A stretch of DNA of 40,634 nt, from NCBI GenBank assembly GCA_038496445.1, contig JALMLS010000090.1:1-40634 (forward strand), given 5' to 3'. This DNA is from Trichosphaerium sp. ATCC 40318. Its lineage: Eukaryota > Protista > Tubulinea. Below are positions 1 to 9,998 of the stretch, piece by piece; position 1 is the stretch's first letter, and the number at the start of each line of letters is the position of its first letter. Below the pieces are notes generated by a model, which saw nothing but the letters and a program-made list of their open reading frames with translations, was not told the DNA's origin and ran no database searches. The position numbers and the translations under genes were made by a program.

Positions 1-1272
1 GCATTGGCAGGAGTACATACAATTGAACTTAGTGGTTGTAAGCATATAACAGATGAAGGTATAAAAGCACTTGCTGGAGTTCACAAAATTTTCCTTAGTC
101 GTTGTAGACTGGTGACAGACGAAGGCATAAAGGCATTGGCAGGGGTTCATACTATTGTTAGTATGCGTGGTACTTCAGTAACTGGTGAAGGTATCAAAGC
201 ACTCACGGGCATACACTCAATTAGTGTCAGAGGCTGTAAGCGAGTAACTGATGAATGTATCAAAGCTCTCAAAGGTGTTCATACGATTGATCTTAGTTTT
301 TGTGACCAAGTATCTGATGAAGGTGTAAAAGCGCTTGCAGGCGTACACACGATTGATCTTAGTTGTTGTGAACAAGTATCTGATGAAGGTGTAAAAGCAC
401 TTACAGGTGTACACACGATTGATCTTTCAGGGTGCATGCAGGTGACGGATGAAGGCATCAAAACTTTACAAGGAGTTCATAAAATTACGCTTTGTGGGAC
501 TTCTGTGAGAGATGAAGGTATCAAGGCATTGGCAAGCGTACATACAATTGATCTTCGTAATACCCAAATAACAGATGAAGCCATAAAAACTTTGGCTGGT
601 GTTCATACAATTAATCTTTGTAACACCTCTGTGACAGACGAAGGCATAAAGGCATTGGCAGGGGTTCATACTATTGTTAGTATGCGTGGTACTTCAGTAA
701 CTGGTGAAGGTATCAAAGCACTCAAGGGCATACACTCAATTAATGTTCACGATTGTAAACAGATAACTGATGAATGTATCAAAGCTCTCAAAGGTGTTCA
801 TACAATTAGTCTTAGCTGTTGTGAACAAGTAACTGATGAAGGTATTAAAGCGCTTGCAGGTGTACACACGATTGATCTTTCAGAGTGCAGACTGGTGACA
901 GATGAAGGTGTAAAAGCACTAAAAGGAGCTCACACAATTGATCTTCATAATTGTACCCATATAACAGATGAAGCCATAAAAGCTCTGGCTGGTGTTCATA
1001 CAATTAATCTTCGTAACACCTCAGTTACAGATGTAGGCATTGAAGCACTGGTTGGTGTGCATACAATAGGCATTTTGGGTTGTGACAGGGTAACAGATAC
1101 AGGTGTCAAAGCACTCAAGAGTGTTCACAAAATTAGTATTGGTAGTTACTATGTGACAGATGAAGGTATAGAAGCAATAGAAGTTCATACTGTAGAAGAT
1201 CATTTCGAAACTCTTTCAGATGACTGTGTTGCAAGGCTTGAAGCCTTTTCGGTGAACATCCAGTATTTCTAG
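1..1272 (+). CDS. Leucine-rich repeat protein (cysteine-containing/AMN1-like 24-25 aa repeats), 5'-truncated by the window edge, no introns in the visible part
   Basis: About 16 tandem repeats of consensus GVHTIDLSxCxxVTDEGIKALA. Frame is open from base 1 to TAG at 1270-1272, followed by AATAAA at 1287. Confidence 0.9.
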   Translation, partial: ALAGVHTIELSGCKHITDEGIKALAGVHKIFLSRCRLVTDEGIKALAGVHTIVSMRGTSVTGEGIKALTGIHSISVRGCKRVTDECIKALKGVHTIDLSFCDQVSDEGVKALAGVHTIDLSCCEQVSDEGVKALTGVHTIDLSGCMQVTDEGIKTLQGVHKITLCGTSVRDEGIKALASVHTIDLRNTQITDEAIKTLAGVHTINLCNTSVTDEGIKALAGVHTIVSMRGTSVTGEGIKALKGIHSINVHDCKQITDECIKALKGVHTISLSCCEQVTDEGIKALAGVHTIDLSECRLVTDEGVKALKGAHTIDLHNCTHITDEAIKALAGVHTINLRNTSVTDVGIEALVGVHTIGILGCDRVTDTGVKALKSVHKISIGSYYVTDEGIEAIEVHTVEDHFETLSDDCVARLEAFSVNIQYF

Positions 1273-1567
1273 TTGTTATTTGATAGAATAAATTCAGATT
1301 CATTGTAAGTAAATTGCGTGTTGGATCTCAAAATAACTAGTTTGGGATTCACTGGGATTGGCTTGGAAGCAATAGTGTGCATCGCCTTTTATCATAGATA
1401 CATGGATAGCATTCAATATGAGCAAACAAGCCCCATTGCTTGCAAAATAGTGCTGTGGCTATACTATCCACAAAAGCAAATAATTGATTTGCGATTTTTC
1501 ATTGTGGTTTACATCTTGTTAAGTTGTGCTCTATGCCTTACTTAGCATCTAGAACTAAGCGTAGTAC

Positions 1568-3555
1568 ATGGCCATAGACGTATCTAATGAAAGTAAGCCA
1601 ATTTATGAACATTATGAAGAGCTCAATCTAAGAGAGCCAGTATTGAGGTAAATATTACTACAAATACGTTAAACGCATTAACGTGATAAAGGGGAGTATA
1701 TGATTATGGCTTTGAGAAGCCTTCTAAAATACAACAGCAAGCAGTTATCCCTATATGCTCTGGTACGTGTATACTATATCTAGGGAGTTCTATAACGTCC
1801 TTGTTTTCTTCAAACGCTCATTTCTTAGCAAAAACCTCCGATATGCGTGAACTTGTGTATTTACTTCAAACTACCCAGAAAATAGCACTTTCATCAACTT
1901 TGAGAAATTTCTAACAAACAGTGATCAGAAGAGTTTACGGTTTCAGTGAATTAGCAGATTAATTTTTGACGTTCGTTTAGGATCAGATGTCGTTATAGAA
2001 CAGGATTTGTCATCTGATTCAGTTGCTGCGTATCTAATTGGTATTTTAAATAGAATCAATACTGAAAATCATCATGTTCAAGCACTAATTCTATGTCCTA
2101 CTCGTGAACATGTTTATAATGTTTCACAAGTTTTTTTGATGCTTGCTAAGTACACAAACGTTAATACTACTCGTTGTATTGGAGGTGTTTCACTAAAAGG
2201 AGACATAGAGACGCTCAAAACTACAATACATGTTATTTTTGGTACACCTGGAAGGGTGAATGATCTTTCGAATAGGGTACTCAATTTGTCATAAACACTT
2301 TTGTAATTGTCACGTTTTCTACTCCCTGGATAAACATCATGGATAATGCCAGTGTTTTCAACTGTAAATACAGAGTTCAAAACATCTCTTTAAACTTCCT
2401 GTGATCCATACAAGCAACTTTTGATTTGGTCTTGATTCTTAATGTTTTTTAATTTGACTATTCCAAATGCTGATTGAATCGCATAGGGAGTCTTGGATCT
2501 CTCATATCTTAAAATTTTTTGTATTGGTTCATTGGCTAGGGTATTAGGTAATGGATATGATGCCCTTATAGATGATATTCACGCAAAGCATCCCCATCAT
2601 ACTCAGGTTATTCTAAGATTTGACAAAACATCACCAGTAGTAGAAACTGCTATTGAAAAGTACACAAGAAATGCTATCAGATGTGGGTATTTAGCTAGTA
2701 GAGGATTGAACCTTAATGTACGTTTTGGTATCCTCACTTTTGTGTTGTAAACAATATTTCTTCTTGTTTATGTTAGACTAACTAGACCAAAAAAGGGGAT
2801 TAAGCAGTTTTATGTCAAAGTGGATGATAGACAAGAAAAGTTAAATGTTATGCTTGAAATACTGGAATCATCAGTTTCTTCTTCAGCTCAAGTTATTATA
2901 TATGTTTCTGATTATAGACAAAGAAAACAGATTGCACAACAGCTTAAACAAGACTATCCGGTAATATTTAAGTCCAAAACTTTTTCTAAGCGAAATGCTT
3001 CTGTTTTACATTACTTTGTTGTGCATCGCATGTGACTGACTGAATGCTTTTATAGATTTCTTACATTGACATAATATAAAAGTAAAAGAGGAGGAAAAAT
3101 TAGAGCAATTAGAGGTAATAATAGTTAAAACAATCAACATAGTTTTGGTCAATTGTGACCTCTTGTGTCATTTTGCACATTAATTCAAACCATTTCAAGG
3201 CCAATGTCAGCCTTATAATTTAATGACGATTTTAATACTAGTCTACATAACATGTTATCTAACTAACTTTTGTTTGAACAGAAGTTCCAAAGAGGAAGTA
3301 CACGTTTTTTGCTTTCTGATGACTACACAATGACACATAGAAAAGATGCGTCCATAACATTTGGTTATAAATTATCACCTGCCCTATTCTCCTGAAAGAT
3401 ATATTACACGTGTTGGAAGGATTGGTCGTTATGGTAAAGTTGGGACTGTTATTAATTTTAAAGTAGGAAATGATAACACAGTTGATAAAATAAGACAATA
3501 CTATCAAACAGAAATAGCTCTTTTGGAACCAAACAAACTTTCAGACTTGTGGTAA
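1568..3555 (+). pseudogene. Degenerate eIF4A/eIF4A-III-like DEAD-box helicase paralogue (6 introns); ATPase motifs lost and two apparent frameshifts in the C-terminal domain
   Basis: Manual splicing from ATG 1568 gives Q motif GFEKPSKIQQQA, Ia CPTRE, GG, Ib GTPGRV, GIKQFYV, LVINYHLP and VI-like TRVGRIGRYG. Walker A reads QDLSSDSV and the DEAD box reads IGSLARVL. Exon 3056-3114 (59 nt) and the run at ~3358-3362 break the frame. Confidence 0.75.
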
Positions 3556-4201
3556 CAGCCTAATAAAATGAATATACTCTTGAAAAGTGTAAATTACCCA
3601 AGATATTACTGCCAGATATGTTATTTTACACCTACAGCGCCTGATAGATCAATCAAAATCAGTTATGGGTAAACTGTTATTTTGCCATTGTTTGTTGAAA
3701 TTAGGATGGATTCGGCACTTGTTCTAAAGAAACATACTCTGTATATTCGTCTAACAGAAGACATTGAACTATATATATTAATAAAAATGTTGAAGCATTT
3801 AAATCTTGCAGTAGTTAGTAACTATGAGCATTTTATTATTCTTTGTAAAAAACTCTACAATATGATTGGCTTGTTGCAAATACTGCAGCATTATTCCTTT
3901 TGCATAATGCCAGTTCTGATTTCGTTTCACTAAATCTAGCTCCTAGGACTTCTCCTGAAAGCTTATGCTGAATAGTGACAAATCTGTCTTTTGATAAAAC
4001 TACAAAGCCACTTAGCAAAAAACTATAACATCCAAAAACATGACAAACTTCAAAAAGTGAAGGAAACGTTGGAGTAAACTATGAAGAACAATTAAAGTGC
4101 CAAGTATTGTTGACAGCAGTCAAGATGTTCAAAAACTCCGATAATATTGTTGCCTTTGACCAACCTTTGCTCTTATGCAATAATATTCTGGTTGAGACCT
4201 T

Positions 4202-5555
4202 TTATATCAGGAGTACAAGAATAACTTGATTGCAGACAATAGTCAATTTTGAGGGCAGATTGTACTTACTTTCAAAGTTGTCTTTAAATCTACCTCTAAG
4301 CACTCCTCTCCATTCTTTTTTATCTTTCAACTGAACCCTTACTTTAAAGTATCCAGTATGCTCTCCATTACACTCATTCAATACCAGACTGAATGGCTTT
4401 TCCTGGTTTTTTCTTAGTATTGGCCGATTCTTTAAACACCAACTAATACAAACCTTTTCATATGGGTTGTCGCTTGCAAACCCTTTTATGTTGTTGAGAA
4501 AACTAAAGTCACCTTTATACCAACCAAGTTTTTCTTTGTTTCGAAATAACTCAATCTCAAGGAGTACTTGATTTAATACACCTTTTATCGGTATTGTGAT
4601 ATCACAATGCTTCCAGCCTACACGAGGAAAAATAAGTTCGTAGAAAACGCCAAAGAAAATGCATTGCATCTGGGTTCAACATACAGCGCTAGTAAAAAGC
4701 TATTGGTTTCAGATATGGAGCGTTCTTGAAAGGCAATATTTTCATGTTTGGATTTAATCAAAAAAAAAAATAGCTTGTTTCTTTTTTTGGCTAACGTATT
4801 GGATGCAGGAAGTCTTGCTGAAATCTCGACTTTTTAGAACGAGACGGTTTCCGTGGGATATCAATTAGCGTGAAGATGCGTTTTTTACTGTTTTTTGGAG
4901 TAATATGGATCTTACACGTGTATCTAGAAGCCTCTAAACGAACCGTTAAATTGTTTTTTCCTATTTTGTTTTCTCGTGTACCGAAGTGTTTCTCCTTCTT
5001 AGTTCCGGGTAAATTGGTCATCTGTGGCGCCTTGGTGTTGACAGGAACGAATGAAAACGTCGCTTTGTCTTTTTCAGTTCTATAAAGCCAACGCGCTTTC
5101 ACAACCGTTCCAATCATCTTAGTCCTAAAAAAAAGCGCCTTTGAAGTATTCTTAGGTCCATAACATGCTAATTAAACTTCGTACCACCAAGTAGGACTTT
5201 AAATCATCTTGTACATTGTACTGTCGCCTTAGAATAGACTCAGCATATTTATTAACAGCGCAGCGAAATCCATTACAAGTTCGTGAGAGTGGCAATACTT
5301 TTTCGATATTTGATCGACTTGTGACATGCCCTACTATTTCATATAGTATCTCAAGTGGGAAATACTGAAGTGATAAGCTGCTGGTTTGTTTGTTTGATGT
5401 ACACATTATACAAAAAGCGTCGTATCGCATGAAACTTGTTGCTTCGTTGAAAATTAGCTTTTATTTTCCTTTTGCAGAAATTTGTATGACACATACCATA
5501 GCTTACCTACACGTATTGATACTATTACACCATACCGGCGATACAACGTCAGCAT
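4202..5555 (-). CDS. F-box domain protein, multi-exon; 3' exon structure uncertain
   Basis: LQYFPLEILYEIVGHV...LPLSRTCNGFRCAV is F-box-like. A GT-AG intron joins ORFs 5152-5430 and 4791-5117 in frame. The join to ORF 4202-4669 could not be resolved. Confidence 0.6.
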
Positions 5556-5881
5556 ACTTGCAATGCTTCTTTAGTAGTAAGCAACTAAATAAGGAATAAA
5601 ATGAGAATTAATACTGCAACAATTGTTGTGTATGAAGTCAAACTAAAGTTCATGCAAACACATTCCAATCTAATACTGTTATGTGTTGGGTAGAGTTTCT
5701 TGGAACATATGAACTCTGACTAGTATTTTGTCTGATCTCCCCCATAAGTTTGCACTGCACACGTTGTTCACCATTTAGCGCTGAATTCACTTTACTGTTT
5801 AAGGCAATATGTAAACTTACTGTTTAAGCTCCAATACGTAATATAACTGCATCAGACAATCATTCAGCAGTATCCAAACCC

Positions 5882-6142
5882 ATGTCATCTTCTACTGATA
5901 CTCAAGTAGCGAATTTTGGCATGAGTATACCTGGTGTGCTTCTAGCAGCGGCAAGTGGATTATTAACCGGTGCTGGCTATTGTCTACTCAGTAGCCGTTG
6001 GGCTGATGACATTACATCTTCAGTAGCCTCAGAAAGGAGTAAAGCGTTTATAAGACTTGTTGTGAACTCACTTGGAGGTGGTATATTCGTTACAGGACTC
6101 TATATCATGGCACCTACTGGTTTAAGGGCATTATGGATGTAA
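5882..6142 (+). CDS. Small (86 aa) predicted two-pass membrane protein, hypothetical
   Basis: ATG-initiated ORF with two Gly/Ala-rich hydrophobic stretches; AATAAA immediately after the stop. Confidence 0.55.
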   Translation: MSSSTDTQVANFGMSIPGVLLAAASGLLTGAGYCLLSSRWADDITSSVASERSKAFIRLVVNSLGGGIFVTGLYIMAPTGLRALWM

Positions 6143-6514
6143 AATAAACAGCTCGTGTTAATAAATTGTTTATAGTCCTCTTTTCGCCGTTTACACGCGT
6201 AGGTAATGTCTTATTGTCTCTTAGGCGAGGTTTTATCGTGATATAGCTAAAATGTCATTTTTTCAGTTTAAAACTCAACGCGCGATTGTTTAACGCAAAC
6301 TATAATTATTTTCTTCAACAATTTTAAGTGCAAGTTAGAACCTCAGTTGCGTTCTTCAAAAGTTTTTCTTTGATATCTTGTGGGTTTTCGAGTTTAGTCA
6401 GATGTGCGAAGACCTTATTAGGAGTGAATTGCAGGTGTTCTACAGCCAAAGTTTTGCTATGTGAGTGGAGCGTAATAGCTCTTTCAGTGTATACTAGTGA
6501 TTCTAAAGTAAACA

Positions 6515-6546
6515 GCTCAGCGTAATGATGTTGGTTTAAGAATAAA
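6515..6546. repeat. hAT left TSD (6515-6522) plus TIR (6523-6546)
   Basis: gctcagcg|taatgatgttggtttaagaataaa. Confidence 0.95.
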
Positions 6547-9030
6547 CTGCAAATTCATATTTATTCGGAAGTGGTCAAAAGTTATTTTTATTTATTCATA
6601 TAATCATTTGTGTTCATCTTGGAGCAAATGGTTACGACACACAGAGTACTTACAAACACGAGTAGGAGAGAGTCTGTTTCTATCATTAGTAATTAAGCGA
6701 CTAGCCTGTGAAAAGCTTCTTTCAGTCATTGCTTGAGAGGCTGGAATCGCTAAATATTTCTGAGCCAAAGATGCTAAGATTGGATACTTTTCTTTGTTTG
6801 TTCTCCACCATCTAAGCTCTTCGCCATCATTAGTGGTTTTTATCGGTGGTTCTACCTTGTATCTTTCTAGTTCTTTGCTTGTATCAAGCGGAGTAGTAGG
6901 GGATGGTGCACTACTAAACAGAAGTAAGTAAACATTGAAACAAAAAAAAGTAAAACAGAAAAAAGACCAATACGTGAAGAATTGTCTCGCTTCTCCTGCT
7001 TCTGAAACTCCTCCTCTAGTGCTCACTGCACTAGGTACTTCACCTTCAATACCCTTATTGTACAGTTAGTACGCATTATGTAAATTATATTGTACTGTAG
7101 GCATGTTCTCATCTCTTGATACAGCTACAAGTTCATTAAATTCGGCTTCTAATATTTCCCAAGCTTCATCCTCGTCTCCATCAGTGAGGTGGTTGCAGCC
7201 CTTAAAGCGCGGATCAAGAACTGTCGCTAAGAGGGTAACAACAGGGAGCTCATCCCATATGAGACGTATGGCATTGAGATAGTTTGTAGCCACATTTTTG
7301 GTTTGTATTTGCATTTCATCAAGATTTTCATTTTCGGCAATTTCTTCCACTACACAAGTCAGTAAAAAACAATAATGAAGCTAAACAACACATACACGGA
7401 TGAATCATCTCTTGGAGAAGCTTTTCTATCTTTTCTAAGGCCACCAACACCCATGATTGCGTTGTGTACTTCTCTGCTTCGAGAATTTCAATAGCATAAA
7501 CTGTTGGTTGAAACAAAAGAATCATGTTCTCAATAAAACTCCATTTCTCAAAGGAAAACTCAGGTACATATGGCTACAAACAAAGTAAATATTTACACGT
7601 GCACAAAAAAACCAGTACATACCCTAAATCTACTATCACATACTAGTTGGTAGTTTGTAAGCATTCGTCTCATTTCGTGAGCTTTTTTCAACATTGTAAT
7701 TGTTGATGAGAAGCGTGTACAAGTATCACATGGCAGTTTTTTGTATTGGTCACTGCAAAACGCTTTCCAGGCGCGTCTAAACGGATCTGAGCAGCTACAC
7801 CTCGCAATAAACACTCTTAAGGGCTTGAGAATGCTTTCTTCAATTTCTGGGATTAATGCTTTACGCATTGCGTTATTCAAGATGTGACAGAGGCAGCGAA
7901 GGTCAGTAACCATTCTAGGGTACCACCAATTAATTTTATACAAGAACAATGGTAGTTAAACGTACTCAGAGGTATATTTCGCCACTTGGGCGAGTGTGTC
8001 TCCGCGAAGCTTTCTTGAAGAAAAGTAAGAACAATAAATAATAAAAAAAACCCACAAAAAAAACTAGTCGTACCCAATAGTGAATTTAACTGAGGCCAAT
8101 TCGCCTCCATCTGTTACACCAGCAACTGGTAAAACACCATCACCTAGCCACGCCACGTTTGAGCCATCCCACTCTCCACAAAGTACGTCAGCTACAAGTG
8201 AACCAATAGTTACCGCTGCCAAAAAAAGTAAGCAAAAAAAAAGTTTAAACAAAGTTGTTTCGTGCCTTTGTGGTCTTCTTCACAAGGCACCACACCTACC
8301 AACTTACGACACAATACATAGTCATCGGATATCCAATGCATTGATATGCCAGCGTAATATTCTTTGGAAACTTTACTTTTCCAAAGATCGACTGCAAAGG
8401 TTGGTGACTTCGCTGTTTGAGTTATCAGCTTAGCTTCATTTATTGTTTTGTCGCTGAGTGCATCAGCCCGTAAAGTGACCTTGTTTCTCCCTGGTAGAAT
8501 GAACCCAGGTACAGCATAATTAAACAATAGTTTAAAGTACCGTTTTGATACGAGGTGAAAAGGAAGATTGTGAGCAACAAAACAAATAGCCAACAAATCT
8601 ATCAATTTCTAGCGAACAATTAGAAATTGCAAAAAACCACTTGTTATTACCTCTTGTTCCCCCGGTAATAAAGGCCGAATGGTTCTGGACACATACTTGT
8701 CCATAGGACCTGTTTTATCTTCTCCATCAGCAAAAGAGTCTGTTTTGGAGTCGTAGCCATGTTTGGTGCGTAAGTGAGTTAACAGGTTGCTTGTTGATGT
8801 TCCTTTAGGTCGAGGCACAAAACAACTACAACGTTTACACTGAAAGCCTCCATCAACATGTACAAAGTGTTTATACACTGGTGATCGCAGAGTACGAATA
8901 CTACAAACCACTGTGTTTTTGGGCTCAGCCATCTCGATGAATTGTGTAAATTCAAAAAGTCAATTCATAGTCCAATTTTTTTTGGTGTATTCAAATTTAT
9001 TCTTTATTTATTCTTAAACCAACATCATTA
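6523..9030 (-). mobile_element. hAT-superfamily DNA transposon, full length (2508 bp), likely autonomous
   Basis: Perfect 24-bp TIRs TAATGATGTTGGTTTAAGAATAAA (6523-6546 and 9007-9030), 8-bp TSD GCTCAGCG (6515-6522 and 9031-9038), internal hAT transposase. Confidence 0.96.
6604..8932 (-). CDS. hAT transposase (BED zinc finger, DDE catalytic domain, C-terminal dimerisation domain), 8 introns
   Basis: BED finger VYKHF...CKRC...TSNLLTHLRTKH; first D in AVDLW; second D in VTDGG; CxxH in CLCHILN; TRFSS; LATVLDPRFK; WW...YPILASLAQKYLAIPASQAMTERSFS with the catalytic E. All eight introns splice in frame. Confidence 0.92.
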
Positions 9031-9038
9031 GCTCAGCG
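9007..9038. repeat. hAT right TIR (9007-9030) plus TSD (9031-9038)
   Basis: tttattcttaaaccaacatcatta|gctcagcg; exact reverse complement of the left TIR. Confidence 0.95.
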
Positions 9039-9282
9039 TATTTGCAGAATAAGTCCATCATCCATTTTTTATCAACAAAAAACAAATGACCTAACAGTTA
9101 TTGCAAACACTTGATTATGCTATGAATCAATAGTATACCACAGCTGCAACTCTTCGGGAACTTGGTGTAGTACAACATTCATTTTTCGGAGGCTTCTTTC
9201 TGTTTCTGTCGAACCTTCTAGATTTAGAATTTGCCTTATCTAAATACTAAAACAACTTTAAACTTGGCACTACAACATCTCA

Positions 9283-9708
9283 ATGCGTTCAGTTACAATT
9301 GCATTCGCTCTCATTCTTTGCTGTGGGCTTTCTCTAGTGCTTTCAAGCTCCCGTAGAGGCAGAGTACCACAGTACTGGGAAGATGCACTTGAACACAACT
9401 CCAACATTAACGCATGCACCAGAAACTGTTTTGAAGAAGAGGAATTATGCTTGGATGAAGCAAACGAAGTCCGAGTACCTTTTATCTACAAGGTGTTTGG
9501 CCGTAGTCGTGCCTTTAGACGTGATGCGATACGTGACGCGAAACAAGTATGCTCTAATGAGTCAACGAAATGCACAGTAGAGTGCACAAAGAACGATATT
9601 AGCTATAAAACCGACACTCTATTGCCCGAGATGCTAAGAAAGGCTAAAAAAGATCGTGAAGCTGCTGATGAGTGGCTCGAGAATTTCAGAAAAGAACGTA
9701 GGTACTAG
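9283..9708 (+). CDS. Secreted Cys-containing helical protein (141 aa), unknown function
   Basis: N-terminal signal peptide MRSVTIAFALILCCGLSLVLS; six mature-region Cys; intronless; AATAAA at 9725. Confidence 0.7.
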   Translation: MRSVTIAFALILCCGLSLVLSSSRRGRVPQYWEDALEHNSNINACTRNCFEEEELCLDEANEVRVPFIYKVFGRSRAFRRDAIRDAKQVCSNESTKCTVECTKNDISYKTDTLLPEMLRKAKKDREAADEWLENFRKERRY

Positions 9709-9998
9709 AAATCGGTAAAAGTACAATAAACAATGTTTAAACGCGTAAGCAGAGTGTACATTGTAGTTAGAACAGTTTCGAAACGGGAATTTGCTATACG
9801 CTAGTCATAAGTAGTAAACTATGCATACGCTTCATCATAGAAGTATTTAATAGGGCGTGGAGGAATTGGCTAGCGATAATATGCTCATAGAGTCTTGAAC
9901 GCGCTTGCTACGTAACATATGTGTATTTGGTAAAGCGTAAGTGAGCGGTTCGTTAACATAGCCGTTGATGAGAAAAACAGCTTTTTATGGAAAATTTT

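Larger units (their letters stand above)
6324..9178 (-). pseudogene. Hypothetical host gene interrupted by the hAT insertion
   Basis: Removing 6523-9030 plus one TSD copy restores a continuous frame: MLYYTKFPKSCSC/G(intron)HLFFVDKKWMMDLFCKYAELFTLESLVYTERAITLH...LLKNATEVLTCT*. Confidence 0.45.

Noticed and set aside
2325-2360. GGATAATGCCAG in an intron, similar to part of a TPP riboswitch
   Set aside because: No CUGAGA or GAACCUGAU elements in the right order, and the host gene is unrelated to thiamine.
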